The notes under the pieces were generated by a model. The model saw only the letters and a list, made by a program, of their open reading frames with translations. It made no database searches and had not been told where the DNA came from. DNA of 63,933 bases, the filler included, from Asterionella formosa (Eukaryota), in assembly GCA_002256025.1 (NCBI GenBank). It is 3 parts of 3 records of this genome, joined end to end, with 100 filler letters (N's around TTAATTAATTAA, not from the genome) between each part and the next. Parts side by side here need not be neighbours in the genome. Positions count along the whole stretch, not along the records: positions 1 to 30,920 come from NKIB01000776.1; positions 31,021 to 61,884 come from NKIB01000780.1; 1 more part is not named here. The stretch is one strand, 5' to 3'. A program made the position numbers and the translations under genes. This document shows, one piece after another, positions 24,133-35,801 of the stretch (positions are counted from its first letter, which is position 1; each line of letters begins with the position of its first letter).

Positions 24133-25273
24133 ACAGTTCCGGCCCGGTACTCTCACACAACCGGCATTCTACCGGTAGACCTATATGTACAGTAGTACTG
24201 GTACCTTGTACAGGTAAGTACATACCGGTATGTGTATGGATACATGTGGATATGCATTCTATACAGTACAGAAAGCAGTATGTTTCTATATATTTAAATA
24301 GCATCATGCACTGCATCATCCTATTTATATAAAGCAATCTATATGTTTATCGTTAACATTGTTCGGTATTCATTTTACACACATAAAAACAATACTGCAT
24401 ATAAATTATTTACCGGGGTATGTGGTATGTATGCACGACTAACCTCATTCTCCACTCTCCTATTATCGGTATACTGTGTGTACCGGTATTCTTTAAGTCT
24501 AGTCGTATTCTGCTCAGTCGTTGTGTATCATGTGTAGAGGAGTGGTTTGAATTTATGGGACCTACATTATGACTGTTTAGCCTAAATACCGGTAGACTAC
24601 CAGTAGCCTGCTTGTACGTACTGCATTCACAAGGAGAAGAAAACAAAGGAGGATCGAATAAGTTGATACCGGTAGTACAACATCACCACGACGCAGCATC
24701 TATTAGAGGGAAGGTTCATTGAATTGGTCATCCGGTGACATCACGATCACATCTTAACTGGGAGACTTTCCATGATATCTTCTTCGTCATCAACGAGCAA
24801 AGTCAAGCTTCCAGGGAATAGGACTGGATGGTGTGACAATTCCAAAGAATGGGCATCGACAGTTCCTCCTTCATCCATGCATTCAATATCTTTCTCTTTT
24901 TCAACAGTTGAGAAATCACTAGACTTTGGGATCAAGAATTTACTTTGCGAGTGATTTAATGGAGGATGTCCAAACAAATTTTCAGGATATACCATGCGCT
25001 TTTCATCAACTCCAATAACATCTGCCATAGAAGTCCGCAAATGAGAATCGAGCTGTAGCTGAGTGTTGATAGTTGATTCCTTCTCTAGTGCCGGATCTAA
25101 CTAAGTTAACAATTCTAAATGTGAATCCATTGGTTAGCTTGATCAAACAAGTCCATTTTGCTGGTGGGGTACTATATTGTGTTTGGCATGTAGGTTATCT
25201 ATAGCAATGATGCGCTCAAGTTTCTGATATATGGAAAAATGCAATGCAGTTAGGGAAACTCAACATTCTTCCT

Positions 25274-26323
25274 TTATTCATATTTGAAGGATGGCTCTGT
25301 CTCTGTGATATTCATTGCCGCTACAATGTTGCACAATTCCGCCATACGCTTACTGTACCCTGCTTCATTGTCATACCAGCAATAAATTTTAATCATTGTC
25401 CCATCAATGACTTGAGTCGAAAGAGCATCCACAATGGAAGATCTAGTGTCATCAGTGTAGTCGGTAGAGACGAGGGCCTTTTCTTCAAATCCAAGAATGC
25501 CCTTGAGTGGACCAGATTCAGACGCAGCCTTGAGGGCGGCGTTCACTTGCTCAACCGTAACGGTGGTATTCACTTCAAAGACGCAGTCCGTCAAACTCGC
25601 ATTCGTCAATGGCACTCGGACGGCGAGTCCATTGAGCTTTCCCTTTAGCTCGGGATAGATCTCCACAATAGCTGTAGCACTACCCGTACTGGTGGGGGCC
25701 AAATTGACCATGCCAGATCGAGCTCGTCTCAAATCAGATTTCTTGGTGTTTGGCATATCGACCAATGTTTGCGTTCCAGTGACATTGTGAATCGTTGTGA
25801 TACAACCATGCTTGATACCAAACTGTTCATGAATAACCTTTACGACCGGTGCCAAGCAATTGGTCGTACAGGATGCGTTGGTAACAATCCTGGTCTCCTT
25901 GGACAGCAATCCGTGATTGCACCCCAACACGACATTGAGAGCACCGACTTCCTTAACGGGGGCGGACACAACCACTTGTTTGACACCGGCATCTAGGTAC
26001 GGTTGAAGGGTCTTGACAGTCAAGAACTGCCCTGTACACTCCATGACCAACTCCACGCCCATACCGACCCAATCAATGTTGGTGGGATCTTTTTCGGAAG
26101 AAAACGTGACGAGTTTTCCATCCACAGTGAAACCATCATCTGTGGCTTCGACCTTGTTGCCCCAAGTGCGATGGACTGAATCGTACTGGAGCAAATAGGC
26201 AGCACTGTCCACACAACACAAGTCGTTGACATGAACAATTTCCAATTCTGGATCATCCCAAGCATAACGAAAGACAAGGCGACCGATTCGGCCAAATCCA
26301 TTTACGGCACACTTGACAGGCAT
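25274..26323 (-). CDS. gapdh: Glyceraldehyde-3-phosphate dehydrogenase, ArsJ-associated type (349 aa, intronless, no targeting peptide)
   Basis: [18 protein letters not shown] and WYDNE motifs. Subfamily signatures [44 protein letters not shown] and [17 protein letters not shown] match ArsJ-associated GAPDHs rather than GapC/GapA. Confidence 0.92.
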   Translation of the reverse strand: MPVKCAVNGFGRIGRLVFRYAWDDPELEIVHVNDLCCVDSAAYLLQYDSVHRTWGNKVEATDDGFTVDGKLVTFSSEKDPTNIDWVGMGVELVMECTGQFLTVKTLQPYLDAGVKQVVVSAPVKEVGALNVVLGCNHGLLSKETRIVTNASCTTNCLAPVVKVIHEQFGIKHGCITTIHNVTGTQTLVDMPNTKKSDLRRARSGMVNLAPTSTGSATAIVEIYPELKGKLNGLAVRVPLTNASLTDCVFEVNTTVTVEQVNAALKAASESGPLKGILGFEEKALVSTDYTDDTRSSIVDALSTQVIDGTMIKIYCWYDNEAGYSKRMAELCNIVAAMNITETEPSFKYE

Positions 26324-27203
26324 GATGCTAATGCTTGAATGCTTACAAATACAGTTTGATTTTTAGTCAACAACTTTTTAAAAATGTGAGATAAGGAAAT
26401 GATTGATGATAAGCAATTTTACAAATTATAATTATGTACACAGAGCTAAGTACAGTGCTACGTACCGTTCAACGATATACAGGTATGTCCCTTGGTCGGA
26501 TAAAATTTAATGTACCTAGTAGTACCTGGTACCAGGTACCTATAGAAGTTGTTGTACATATTATGAAAACCAACTTGCAGATCAACACCGGTATATGATG
26601 TCAACACTTCCGATGAAGTTTGAAGTGTCCATATGTATGTAAGGAGAAATACCAGTAGTTAGTGTTGTGCCCTTGTTGCACTCCTCAACCTCGATCCAAC
26701 CTCCTCTTTGTTCAAGGAATCTCAAACGAATCTGTGAAGTCACTCCTCCTCCACGCTGACCCATCCATCGTAGGTTCCTAGTTTCATAATATTTCTTCAA
26801 TTGAAATTGTCCCGACTGTCGTATGAACGCTGTATTGAATAGTTCGTTGTTCCCTTGTGCCGTAGTTCCCTTGTTTCGAAGGATGATCGGATGGGCTCCA
26901 CATCGAAAATTCACCTTTGATGACGAGGAGGGCGAGCCAAATGCCTTTTCGAATATTTATTATTTAGTCTATGCTTATACAATATATTACCATATAATAA
27001 ATATCTACAGTATTCCTGTATAATCCACTTAAATACAAAGATGTAGTATGTACGTAACAGGTGAATGCATTACCAGATTACAGTTCCGATGTCTCAATTT
27101 TTTTACTGCCTGTGGCATGCTCACAAAATACGCATAACGTAAAAGTGGGAACAACATAATCTCATCAACTATCAGTCCTTTGCAAAATCATTCACAAAGA
27201 ACC
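26324..27203. promoter_or_regulatory. Putative bidirectional promoter between the GAPDH and arsJ genes
   Basis: 880-bp spacer between divergent start codons; AT-rich ends; GGTACC cluster at 26521-26540. No specific element identified. Confidence 0.5.
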
Positions 27204-28880
27204 ATGACGACAAAAACTATAGAAAATTACAACGAGATAGATGTCGATTCGGACGAGATAGCTACAGCGCAGATCTCTCAAATGCCTCAGAAACAATTGC
27301 CCGGCACCCAACACCAATCGATTATGCAACAAGCGACATCCCAAGCCCTTCGACCCTTTATCATCATTTCCAGTAGTTACCTCTTATTTACCATCACCGA
27401 CGGAGCCGTTAGAATGATTGTTTTGTTGCACGCCTACAGCAAGTCCTTTAGTGCGCTTGAGGTTGCTCTCATGTTTACGTTGTACGAACTTGCTGGAGTC
27501 TTTACGAACCTTGCCGCGGGAGTCATGGGAGCTCGATGGGGGATCAAATGTACACTTGTTTCTGGTCTGGCACTACAACTAGTTTCCTTCGCTCTCTTAT
27601 TTGGATGGCAAGATAAATGGTCCAAAACGCAGGCCATTATTTACGTCACAATTGCACAAATGTTTGCAGGCATTTCCAAGGATCTCACCAAATTGGGTGG
27701 CAAGACAGTGACCAAATTGGTAACGCCAGATGAACAAGAGACGAAACTCTTCAAGTTGGTGTCACTTTTGACAGGATGGAAAAATTCTCTCAAGGGTGTG
27801 GGTTACTTTGCAGGGTCGGCGCTGTTGCAAGTATCCTACGAACTTGCATTGGGCGTCATGATGGGATTGATCCTCGTGGCCATGCCATGGGCTATTCTAG
27901 GGTTGGACAAGAATCTTGGCATGGCAAAGAAGAAAAATGCCACTTGGAAAGATATTTTTACATTGGACAATACCAATTTGAACTACTTGTCGGCAGCTAG
28001 GTTGTTCTTGTTTGCATCACGTGACTTCTGGTTTGAAGTCCCATTACCATTTTTCTTGCGATCTCCTTCTTGTGAAGGCCTTGGAACAGAAATTTGTTTG
28101 ATGGACAGTGATTGCAATTTGTCTGCCATTTGTGGCGTGCAGGGGCTTTGTGAAAATATCAATGCCGGTGGAGGGTGTGGTGGCCTCGGCATGAGCCGCG
28201 TCCTAGTTGGGAGCATTCTTGGTGGCTACATTATCCTGTATGGGCAGATTCAATCATGGACACCACAATTGGTGACGGGACCATTGAACCAAACACCGCC
28301 CAACAAGCTGACTGAAGTTTTGTGGGGCTTTATTAATTGCTTTCCAACCTTGGTCATGTCCTTTGTGATGATGATGGCTCCAGCCTTTGTCAATTATGAT
28401 AGCACCAAGATGACAATCTGGTTGCTTGTGATCATTGTTACCTTTGCCATTATTTTTGCCATTAATTCATCGATTCATTCGTTTTTGGTAGTCAATTATG
28501 CCTCAAAAGAAAAGGTTGCAGTGAGCGTTGGATTTTACTACATGTCGAATGCATGTGGACGTCTTATGGGTACTTTGGGAAGTGGATTGTTGTACTCATA
28601 TGTGGGTGAGGACCTTGGAGAATTTGCAGGAACAAATGCAGTCCAGGGATTGGCGGCTTGCTTCATGGCCGGAACGCTGAGTTCGTTTATAGCAGCAGTT
28701 ATCACAGTTAAGATTAATGATCACAAGGCTGGGTTAAAATGTGGGCGATTCGTACTGGTCAAATCAGACGACGACGACGACGATGCAGATGAAGAGTACA
28801 CACATGAAGGGGATGAAAGGGATAAAAAGACCGTGGTCGAATGCCACAAAGCAGAGGAGGAAGTCGAAATATGGATATGA
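27204..28880 (+). CDS. arsJ: ArsJ-type organoarsenical efflux MFS transporter (intronless)
   Basis: FTITDGAVRM, YELAGVFTNL, GISKDLTKLGGKT, LFKLVSLLTGWKNSLKGVGYF, LSAARLFLFASRDFWF, FAINSSIHSFLV and VGFYYMSNACGRLMGTLGSG align by eye with conserved ArsJ motifs. First ATG at 27204. Confidence 0.9.
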   Translation: MTTKTIENYNEIDVDSDEIATAQISQMPQKQLPGTQHQSIMQQATSQALRPFIIISSSYLLFTITDGAVRMIVLLHAYSKSFSALEVALMFTLYELAGVFTNLAAGVMGARWGIKCTLVSGLALQLVSFALLFGWQDKWSKTQAIIYVTIAQMFAGISKDLTKLGGKTVTKLVTPDEQETKLFKLVSLLTGWKNSLKGVGYFAGSALLQVSYELALGVMMGLILVAMPWAILGLDKNLGMAKKKNATWKDIFTLDNTNLNYLSAARLFLFASRDFWFEVPLPFFLRSPSCEGLGTEICLMDSDCNLSAICGVQGLCENINAGGGCGGLGMSRVLVGSILGGYIILYGQIQSWTPQLVTGPLNQTPPNKLTEVLWGFINCFPTLVMSFVMMMAPAFVNYDSTKMTIWLLVIIVTFAIIFAINSSIHSFLVVNYASKEKVAVSVGFYYMSNACGRLMGTLGSGLLYSYVGEDLGEFAGTNAVQGLAACFMAGTLSSFIAAVITVKINDHKAGLKCGRFVLVKSDDDDDDADEEYTHEGDERDKKTVVECHKAEEEVEIWI

Positions 28881-29599
28881 GTTCCTATAGGAAATTCAAC
28901 CTGTTGCTGATTGGCGCTCACCTTGCTGGTGCAGTTATTATTCATTAGGTATAGAGTCTACGGAATTTATTAAATACACATGTAGATTAGAACATACTCC
29001 TGTATTGCAATAGTCATGAGGCTTAGACCAATTGGTATTGGAAACAATTGAAATGGTTTTCTGTTGGTTATTTAGCCCCAAGCAATAAGTACACATGATG
29101 TCATTGATTTGTGAACGAGAAATAAAAATCGAGCAAACTCAATTTTATCCCCATCCTGACTACAGCTGTGACATGTTGATGCAACATAAAACGCACAAAT
29201 TAATGCCGACCTGAAAAAGCACCTCCTGGACTTGCAGGAGACATTGTTTTCTCTAAAAGAAACCTAAAATTACTTAGATACACATAGTTCTCATCGAAAA
29301 GCAAGACAACAGCTAAAATAGGTTGGGGATTGCTAAGAGAGTTATTATGATTCACATTCACTAATACCAAAATGAACATCGAATAAAACGACTCTACGTG
29401 TTTGTATGCAAAACAAAAATTTGTGATGCTAAATTTCCAACACACTACAAGCTACGGGAAGCTACCCAATGTACTCTGCTGGTGTGACACTGGTGCACCC
29501 AGCCATACCAGTACGGTACCAGGTACCAGGTACCTGGTAACGATTCTACTCGGCTCCTGTCTATTCATCCATATTTGCTGCTCTGCCCTACCGGTACCG

Positions 29600-29800
29600 G
29601 TATCCATGTTTGATCATGTGGTATCGATTTTTAAACTTGTTTTTCCCGTGAAAATTCTTTCACTCCTGACGTAGCTTGATCGTCCCTGCTCAAAGCTAAA
29701 ATTGGACTGCAAAAAATCCGCTGTGCCCCTTTCCTGACCTTAAATAAAAATTACTTCGACACTCACAGTTCTCATCGAAAAGCAAGACGATTGCTAATAA
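29600..29800 (+). repeat. Interspersed non-coding repeat (homologue at ~35830-36030; partial copy at 29265-29315)
   Basis: Shared blocks TGAAAATTCT...CCTGACGT..CT.GAT.GTCCCTGCT...CTGTGCCCC...TAAATAAAAA. The 22-mer AGTTCTCATCGAAAAGCAAGAC is identical at 29286, 29767 and 36000. Confidence 0.75.
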
Positions 29801-30241
29801 AAAAATACATAGAGTGGGGAGTGCACATTTCAGTGTCCCCAACGTTTGAAGAATAATGCCATACATAGGTTAACATACGGTTGTATCTGAAAATGCACAA
29901 AAGTGTGACGTCGCCTGTGAAAGCTTCGTGCCAGGTTGTTAAGTATCCCGATATGAAATTTATGATTGACATAGAAGTGTTCTGATGTGCTAATTCTGCC
30001 TGCCTGTATTGCTAAAGAACAGATCAGGATTAAATCGAGATATTATGGCTGTCATCAAGGGCATAAGTGGTACCGGTAATTCATATAGGTACAAGAAATC
30101 TCCCTTGCTTCTGTAGAATGTTTTTCTGCAGATACCGTAGCTGTGGTTTAGACACAATACATTACAGACAAACTTTTGTTGTTAGAACAACCATCATTTG
30201 CCACGGTCCGTGCCAATTCAGCATCTACTCTCAGTGGCCCC

Positions 30242-30920
30242 ATGAACACCAAACTGTCGAACGAGCAGTTGCTCCACTCAACACCAGCATCAGCATCAGC
30301 ATCAACATCAACATCAGAATATCCTAGTCGAACGAAACATGGAACCATTAGTTTCGCGCAATCAAGAAATGGAGGAAGAGACGACGCTGATGATGATGAC
30401 AAAAACGATGAAATCAGCATCATTAGTTCATTATCGGGGTTTTCCGGCGGTTCTTCTGACATGTATAACTATGGAGGCTTGATGCGCTTCAACCGTACCG
30501 GTCTTCTCTACGGCCGAAGCAGAGAAGTGAGTATCCTATTGGATGCTTTTACACGTGTCAGGAATGGATCTTCTGAAGTGGTCCTTGTTTCAGGCGAAGC
30601 AGGCGCTGGAAAGAGCAAAGTCGCCGAATCACTTCGAGGCCCTGTGACTTCGATCGAATCTTCTGGTTACTTCGTCGCTGGAAAGTATGATCAGCTTAGG
30701 CTGGACGAACCCTTTAGTGCGATTGTGAACGCGTTCAATGACTTGGCTGAAATCATAAGTCTCACCGAAGGTTCTCAGTCGCGAAGAAGCAGCATTAAGG
30801 AAGCTCTTGGAGATGAAGCTTATTTGCTTTGCAAGTTAATACCGAATATTTCTTATTTACTTGAACAAAAGAAAAATCCAGAGGAGGAGGTGGGGGGTAA
30901 CATGATGAACGTTGTTTCCA
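30242..30920 (+). CDS. 5' part of an AAA_16/COG3899-like P-loop (STAND-type) ATPase protein, truncated by the gap
   Basis: LYGRSREVSILLDAF...VVLVSGEAGAGKS (Walker A)...YFVAGKYDQL...EPFSAIV. Confidence 0.8.
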
Positions 30921-31020
30921 NNNNNNNNNNNNNNNNNNNNNNNNNNNNNNNNNNNNNNNNNNNNTTAATTAATTAANNNNNNNNNNNNNNNNNNNNNNNN
31001 NNNNNNNNNNNNNNNNNNNN
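30921..31020. other. Artificial contig-joining spacer N44-TTAATTAATTAA-N44
   Basis: Exactly 100 bp with a six-frame stop linker; identical spacer at 61885-61984. Confidence 0.97.
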
Positions 31021-31690
31021 CTACTTTGTCAAGAAAGTCTCTCCGGTTTGTGCAAATGCATGCAGAGAATTGTCTCAAAATTTGGAGAGTCCCAACAAGT
31101 CACACTGGATGGCAGTAGAACGTCTTTTGGGATATCTACGTGCGGATATCACAAACAGGAAATTAAAATTGAGAACTCCAATTGAGTTACATCCACAGGA
31201 TATTGTTGACACGTCATTTGGCGACAATAAGGACACACGAAAGAGCACTAGTGCCTACTTGGGTACAATCGGTGGAACTGCATTGATCAATTGGATTTCA
31301 AAAGGGCAGAACATCGTTACTGTTTCGAGCACTGAAGCTGAATACGTGGTTCTCAGCGATGGATCTAAAGAAAAGACTTTTACATCCAACTTATTGAATG
31401 AGATCGATCACGTTGTCTTGCCAAGCATAATTTTGGAGGATAATATTGGAGCGATTTTTCTCTCAAGAAATAAACAAGTTGGTGCAAGAACCAAACATAT
31501 TGATTTCAGGTACTATTTTATCAGAGAGAAAGTTGAAAATGGTAATATCCTTGTTCAATATGTGAATACATTGAAAAACCCTGCAGACCTTCTGTCAAAG
31601 AACGTAACTCAGAAAATCCATGATTCTCATGCACATAAAATGCTCAATGGGACAATGGATTGCTGGAATGAGGAGAGTGACAAAATCTAG
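31021..31690 (+). mobile_element. Ty1/copia retrotransposon: end of RT plus RNase H, open reading frame
   Basis: HWMAVERLLGYL, DTSFGDNKDTRKSTS, WISKGQNIVTVSSTEAEY, EDNIGAIFL and RTKHIDFRYYFIRE motifs. Confidence 0.93.
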
Positions 31691-32150
31691 GATGATTTGA
31701 GTTAGGGTTAACAGCATTCCATCAATGTACATGTCGTCAATATTATTTAGAGAAACTGTTTCCGGTGAGAAATATTTGAACTAATGTTAATGAAGACGAA
31801 CATACAATTAATAAGATGGGATGGAATATTTGGAAAGGTAAATGTTCTATGTAATGAAATATTCACAGGCGTGTCGTCGCAATTGGAGCTGCCGACAATG
31901 TAAGTAAAACAATATTCTATATGTGTTATGAAGTAAAAGAATGATTGAATGATCAGGAACAGATCATTATCATTACTTGGTTATCTGTATGAAAGTTTGG
32001 ACAAAAGATCCAAGATCCAACTGATCTGAAATAATTGGAGTTGAATCGATTGTAAATCGATTTCTAGTTTTATAAGCTCACAATAAAATAAAGAAGCAAA
32101 ACGTTGCTGTCTACATTTAACTTGTCTAAGAGAAAGACTATAGCATACAG
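31678..32150 (+). repeat. Probable 3' LTR of the copia element
   Basis: Polypurine tract GAGGAGAG immediately followed by TG at 31678; AATAAA near 32082. Right boundary uncertain. Confidence 0.55.
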
Positions 32151-32261
32151 CGTGTACAAACGTGTACTGCTACTGGTGTAAGGAATTTAACAACAATCAT
32201 CCTTGTGTGACTGTTTTTCATGCATATACCGGTACACTGGTACTCCACCTGGTACCGGGTA

Positions 32262-35200
32262 CCAGTAAAAAACTGTCATGACCCATTGAGTTAGGGTGTT
32301 TGTTTGACTTCTCCGACTAAAGGTAAATTCTATCGAATTTCGGACCCATCTGTTCGATAGTGTCAGAACAGCATCGTCAATCAAGCTGTCATGTTGAAAT
32401 TCTAATTGAACAATTACATCAGAAGATACGATGATAATAAAACAGCTAAGAAGTGATTTCAATGGGTCATGGCAGTATATACTTTATTCTGAATAAATGT
32501 TTGTAAATTTATATACATTTTAGAGGACGGATTAGTTCATGTGTTAATGCACTTTTATTTCATTATACCTTTTTACTAAAAACATATATTCAAGATGCCA
32601 CACCTTCCACCATCATGATGCTCCTCAAACTTTCAAGTCCAATGGTCAGATCATTGCGATCCCACTGGCCACAGCATCACCTGCATCTTCAGCAGCATGC
32701 TGAGGATCAGGAAGCTGTGCTGCAGCAAGTGCATTTCATGGAATCTGCTCCCCTCGATGGCAAGTGTCAATGTACCTTTGAAGCAGCTGTTGCCTTGTAT
32801 TTGGTACTGGTGCATCACCCTCAAGTTTATACCAAATCGCAAGAGTTCTGAGTTCAGTCACATTGTATGATTCAATCAGCTTTCCAGTTGCTCTCACAGC
32901 ACCATCAACCTTGTCCACCATTTTTTGAAATCGAATATTTGCTCGCTTTTCCTTTTCGTCTTGTTCAAGCTGTTGTATTTTCATAACTTCTTTTGCATGA
33001 TACCAAAGTTCTGGACCAAGTCGACAGTTACCAGCAGCAAAGTGTATTCCAGCAGTAATCCTTTTGTGTTGATCTATTGCAGCCTGTGCTGTTTCCTTTC
33101 GTTTCCTTGCATGATCATCAGCATCTATTCCATTCCTTGCATCTTCTCTCTTGCGAAAGGCAACAATTTTTTCTGTCAATGACCCAGAATATCCGTCTGT
33201 CAGATTCAGCATTTCAGGAGTTACATTCGAGTTGGTTGTGGTTCCAGCAAGTGATGAATTGAGTTGAGTGCTTGTATTCTGTATTTCCGCAGTGAGCAGA
33301 AGGTTATAGTTGAGAGGCCCCCATCCTCTTTCTGATACTGCTTTTCTGTTTGTTCTTTTATTTGCAAAGCTTTTTTCCCAGGCATTTGAAACAAGGGCAA
33401 CAATGTCAGATTTCTCAAAAGCAAAAGGCAAATCATGTTCAGTCTTTTTGGTAAGTAGGTCTCACTTTGCAACTGTCAGTTCCATTTTGAAACTTCCATT
33501 CTGCTCCAACGAATCTCCGACTTGCCAGTAGGAGGTTCCATAAGGGACACCTATACACACACTCCATGGGGTCAAAGGGCTGTTGATATATTTGAGAAAG
33601 GAGCAATCGAATCTGGAGCCATATCCATCTAGGATGAGGAAAGGGTTTATTCCATCACTGCGGTCAAACAATTCCAAAGAATCCATTTGGGCCAACATTC
33701 TCATCAACAGTTCTACAGTAATGCTTCCCGATTCCGAACAAAAACACAAAGTGGGCACATGCTTTCCATTTAACACACACACAGGTACCTGGGGATATCG
33801 CTTTCCTTTGCCAGTGTTTAGGTTGAAGTCGTCCTCATTGCTTGCCATGCCATTCCAGCACAAACGGGTTAAGCCCCTGTACCCAACTAAGTTCAAGCTC
33901 TTTGGCAGCGAATATTATAGCACACATCACTGGAGTTCCTTCGGCAGCTGTAAATCCCAAGACTGTAAAATGCGCATCCTTCATAGCACTTCGTTGTTGT
34001 GGTCTTGCCGCTGTTCCAATACATGACACTTTCTCACCCCCCTTCTGTCCACCTTTTGCCTGACTGGTGTTACTTCCGACTTCATCAACAAATATGAGTT
34101 TGTTGGGATGCTTCAAAATGTACTTTGTTTTCATTCCCAGGGCTCCTTCCTCATTTGCAACAACATCTCCTGATTTATTCAACCACACTTCTTCATCCAG
34201 CTTTTCCACAATACCCATCTTGGTCATTTCTTCACACACATCTCTATACATCTGCTCAAAGTTCCTTAATGTGCACCAGTCAGCACGCTTCCCATCGAAT
34301 TTGACACCTTTCTTTGCCTTGACATGAAGCCAATTGCGACTCATGAATCCCCTCCAGTACCCTTATCCCAGTGGTTTATCCAATGTTGGATCCTCTCTGA
34401 ATGAAATGCAATGTTTCTGCCTCCATAGCACAATATTTTCCATGATGGATTTACCAGACACAAGTGAGTTAGCAAGTTCCTGTCCCTGCCGAAATGTAAT
34501 TGGGACTCGCATTTTGGAGAGTTGTTCAATCAGCAAAATAATGTATGGCTCAACTTCGAGCATTGGTGACGTTGAAGCTTCGTTTTTTCCCTGGGTTTTT
34601 CTGCGTTTTGCCCGAGATCTCACTGTTTCTATATTTATTTCAACTCCAGGAGGAAAACCAAGCGCCTCTTTTCTCCCCCAATTATGCAGGCAAGTGTGAA
34701 TCTACTTGCTTTCTTGTTCTTTTGCTGCAGTTCTTCTCTAACCGTCATGTATTCTGTGGCCGACTGGACAATGCATTCTTCGATATTTCTTTGCATCGAT
34801 GCTGATGCCATTTGAGTGGTTCCCTTTGGCCGGCCTCCAGTAAGTATGGTGGTCATGGGGACAATGACTGCAGGAACACTAACTGCAGCAGTAGTCATAG
34901 TTGTAGAAAATAATTCAATACTAATAATAGCATTGATATTATCATCTACTCCTGTCATGTTGTCATCCTCTTCTCTTGTCAAAGTAGATGTTCTACTACT
35001 TGAAAAGTAAAATGAGCGCATATCTGCCTGAGAATCTCCTGATAGTATACCCATGTTGGGGACAGCACTAGCACCTGCCTTTTGTAACCAGTAGTCGACT
35101 TTTTTTGGTAAGACAAGGCAAGTATACCTTCTGAGCCTTCACCATGTTGGTAATGGCTCCGTATGGGAGCTTTCCATTATTGTTCGCCTTGATTGCTTCA

Positions 35201-35801
35201 AGTTCTGTAACAATGCCAAGCATGTTGCATTGAATAACGACCTGAGCATAATGAAGTGCTTCTGTCTCCTTCTTGATGCTGGAAGATCGACTTTTTCTTG
35301 ACTTCGGCATGGTGGTGCTGGTTTGCGTGATAGCTGTTTACTGTTTTTCATGTTTTGTGAACTGACAGATACGTATATATCAAAATCCTCAATCAGATAT
35401 AGGCGCGCCCATATCATTTGCATCTCTGTACAATTCAATACCAAAACAAAATCTTTATTTCTATAAATTTGGTTAACGTTCGGACGCTAATTAAATCAAT
35501 GTCGAAATATTTTTATATATCATTGTATATTATATGACAATGAGAGCTCCAAACTTACCCTAATCCGTGTTCTCTATGTTTTTTTGGTCAATTCACTATT
35601 TCCGGCAATCTATTGAGATGAACAATTGACTCCAAATCTCAAACACAATACATAGCTGACTAGCCTACATGCTCGAGAAGGAGCCAGAACTCTCAGAACT
35701 TACATTTACTTAAGTTTTGACAGCAAAACGTGTTATTCTGCGTTCAATGGGTCACGGCAGTTCAAAAATATTCTCAATGGGTCATTGCAGTTTTTTACTG
35801 G
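32262..35801 (-). mobile_element. Full-length defective pogo-like (Tc1/mariner superfamily) DNA transposon, 3540 bp
   Basis: 29-bp TIRs CCAGTAAAAAACTG(TC/CA)ATGACCCATTGAG (27/29 identical); TA duplication at 32260-32261 and 35802-35803; internal TIR-core copies at 32459-32476 and 35744-35762. Confidence 0.92.
32736..35310 (-). pseudogene. Frameshifted pogo-like DDD transposase
   Basis: Consecutive broken ORFs contain IFVDEVGSN, HFTVLGFTAAEGTPVMCAIIF, FLILDGYGSRF and GVPYGTSYWQVGD, preceded by an HTH-like region (LIEQLSKMRVPITFRQG..LANSLV). Confidence 0.85.

Noticed and set aside
24747..25040. 97-aa ORF downstream of GAPDH
   Set aside because: No recognisable motif; cannot be supported as a gene.
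25274..26323. Ordinary glycolytic GapC or plastid GAPDH
   Set aside because: No presequence, and the S-loop and C-terminal motifs fit the ArsJ-associated subfamily.
26582..26914. 110-aa ORF between GAPDH and arsJ as a third module gene (e.g. a regulator)
   Set aside because: No recognisable HTH, ArsR or phosphatase motif, and no supporting splice structure.
25274..28880. Bacterial contamination as the source of GAPDH/arsJ
   Set aside because: Contiguous with intron-containing diatom genes, divergent rather than operonic, the spacer has the same GGTACC clusters as host promoters, and ArsJ has eukaryote-like extensions. Read-level confirmation is still advisable.
30965..30976. TTAATTAATTAA as a piggyBac target or regulatory palindrome
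   Set aside because: Centred within N-runs in two places; an assembly linker.
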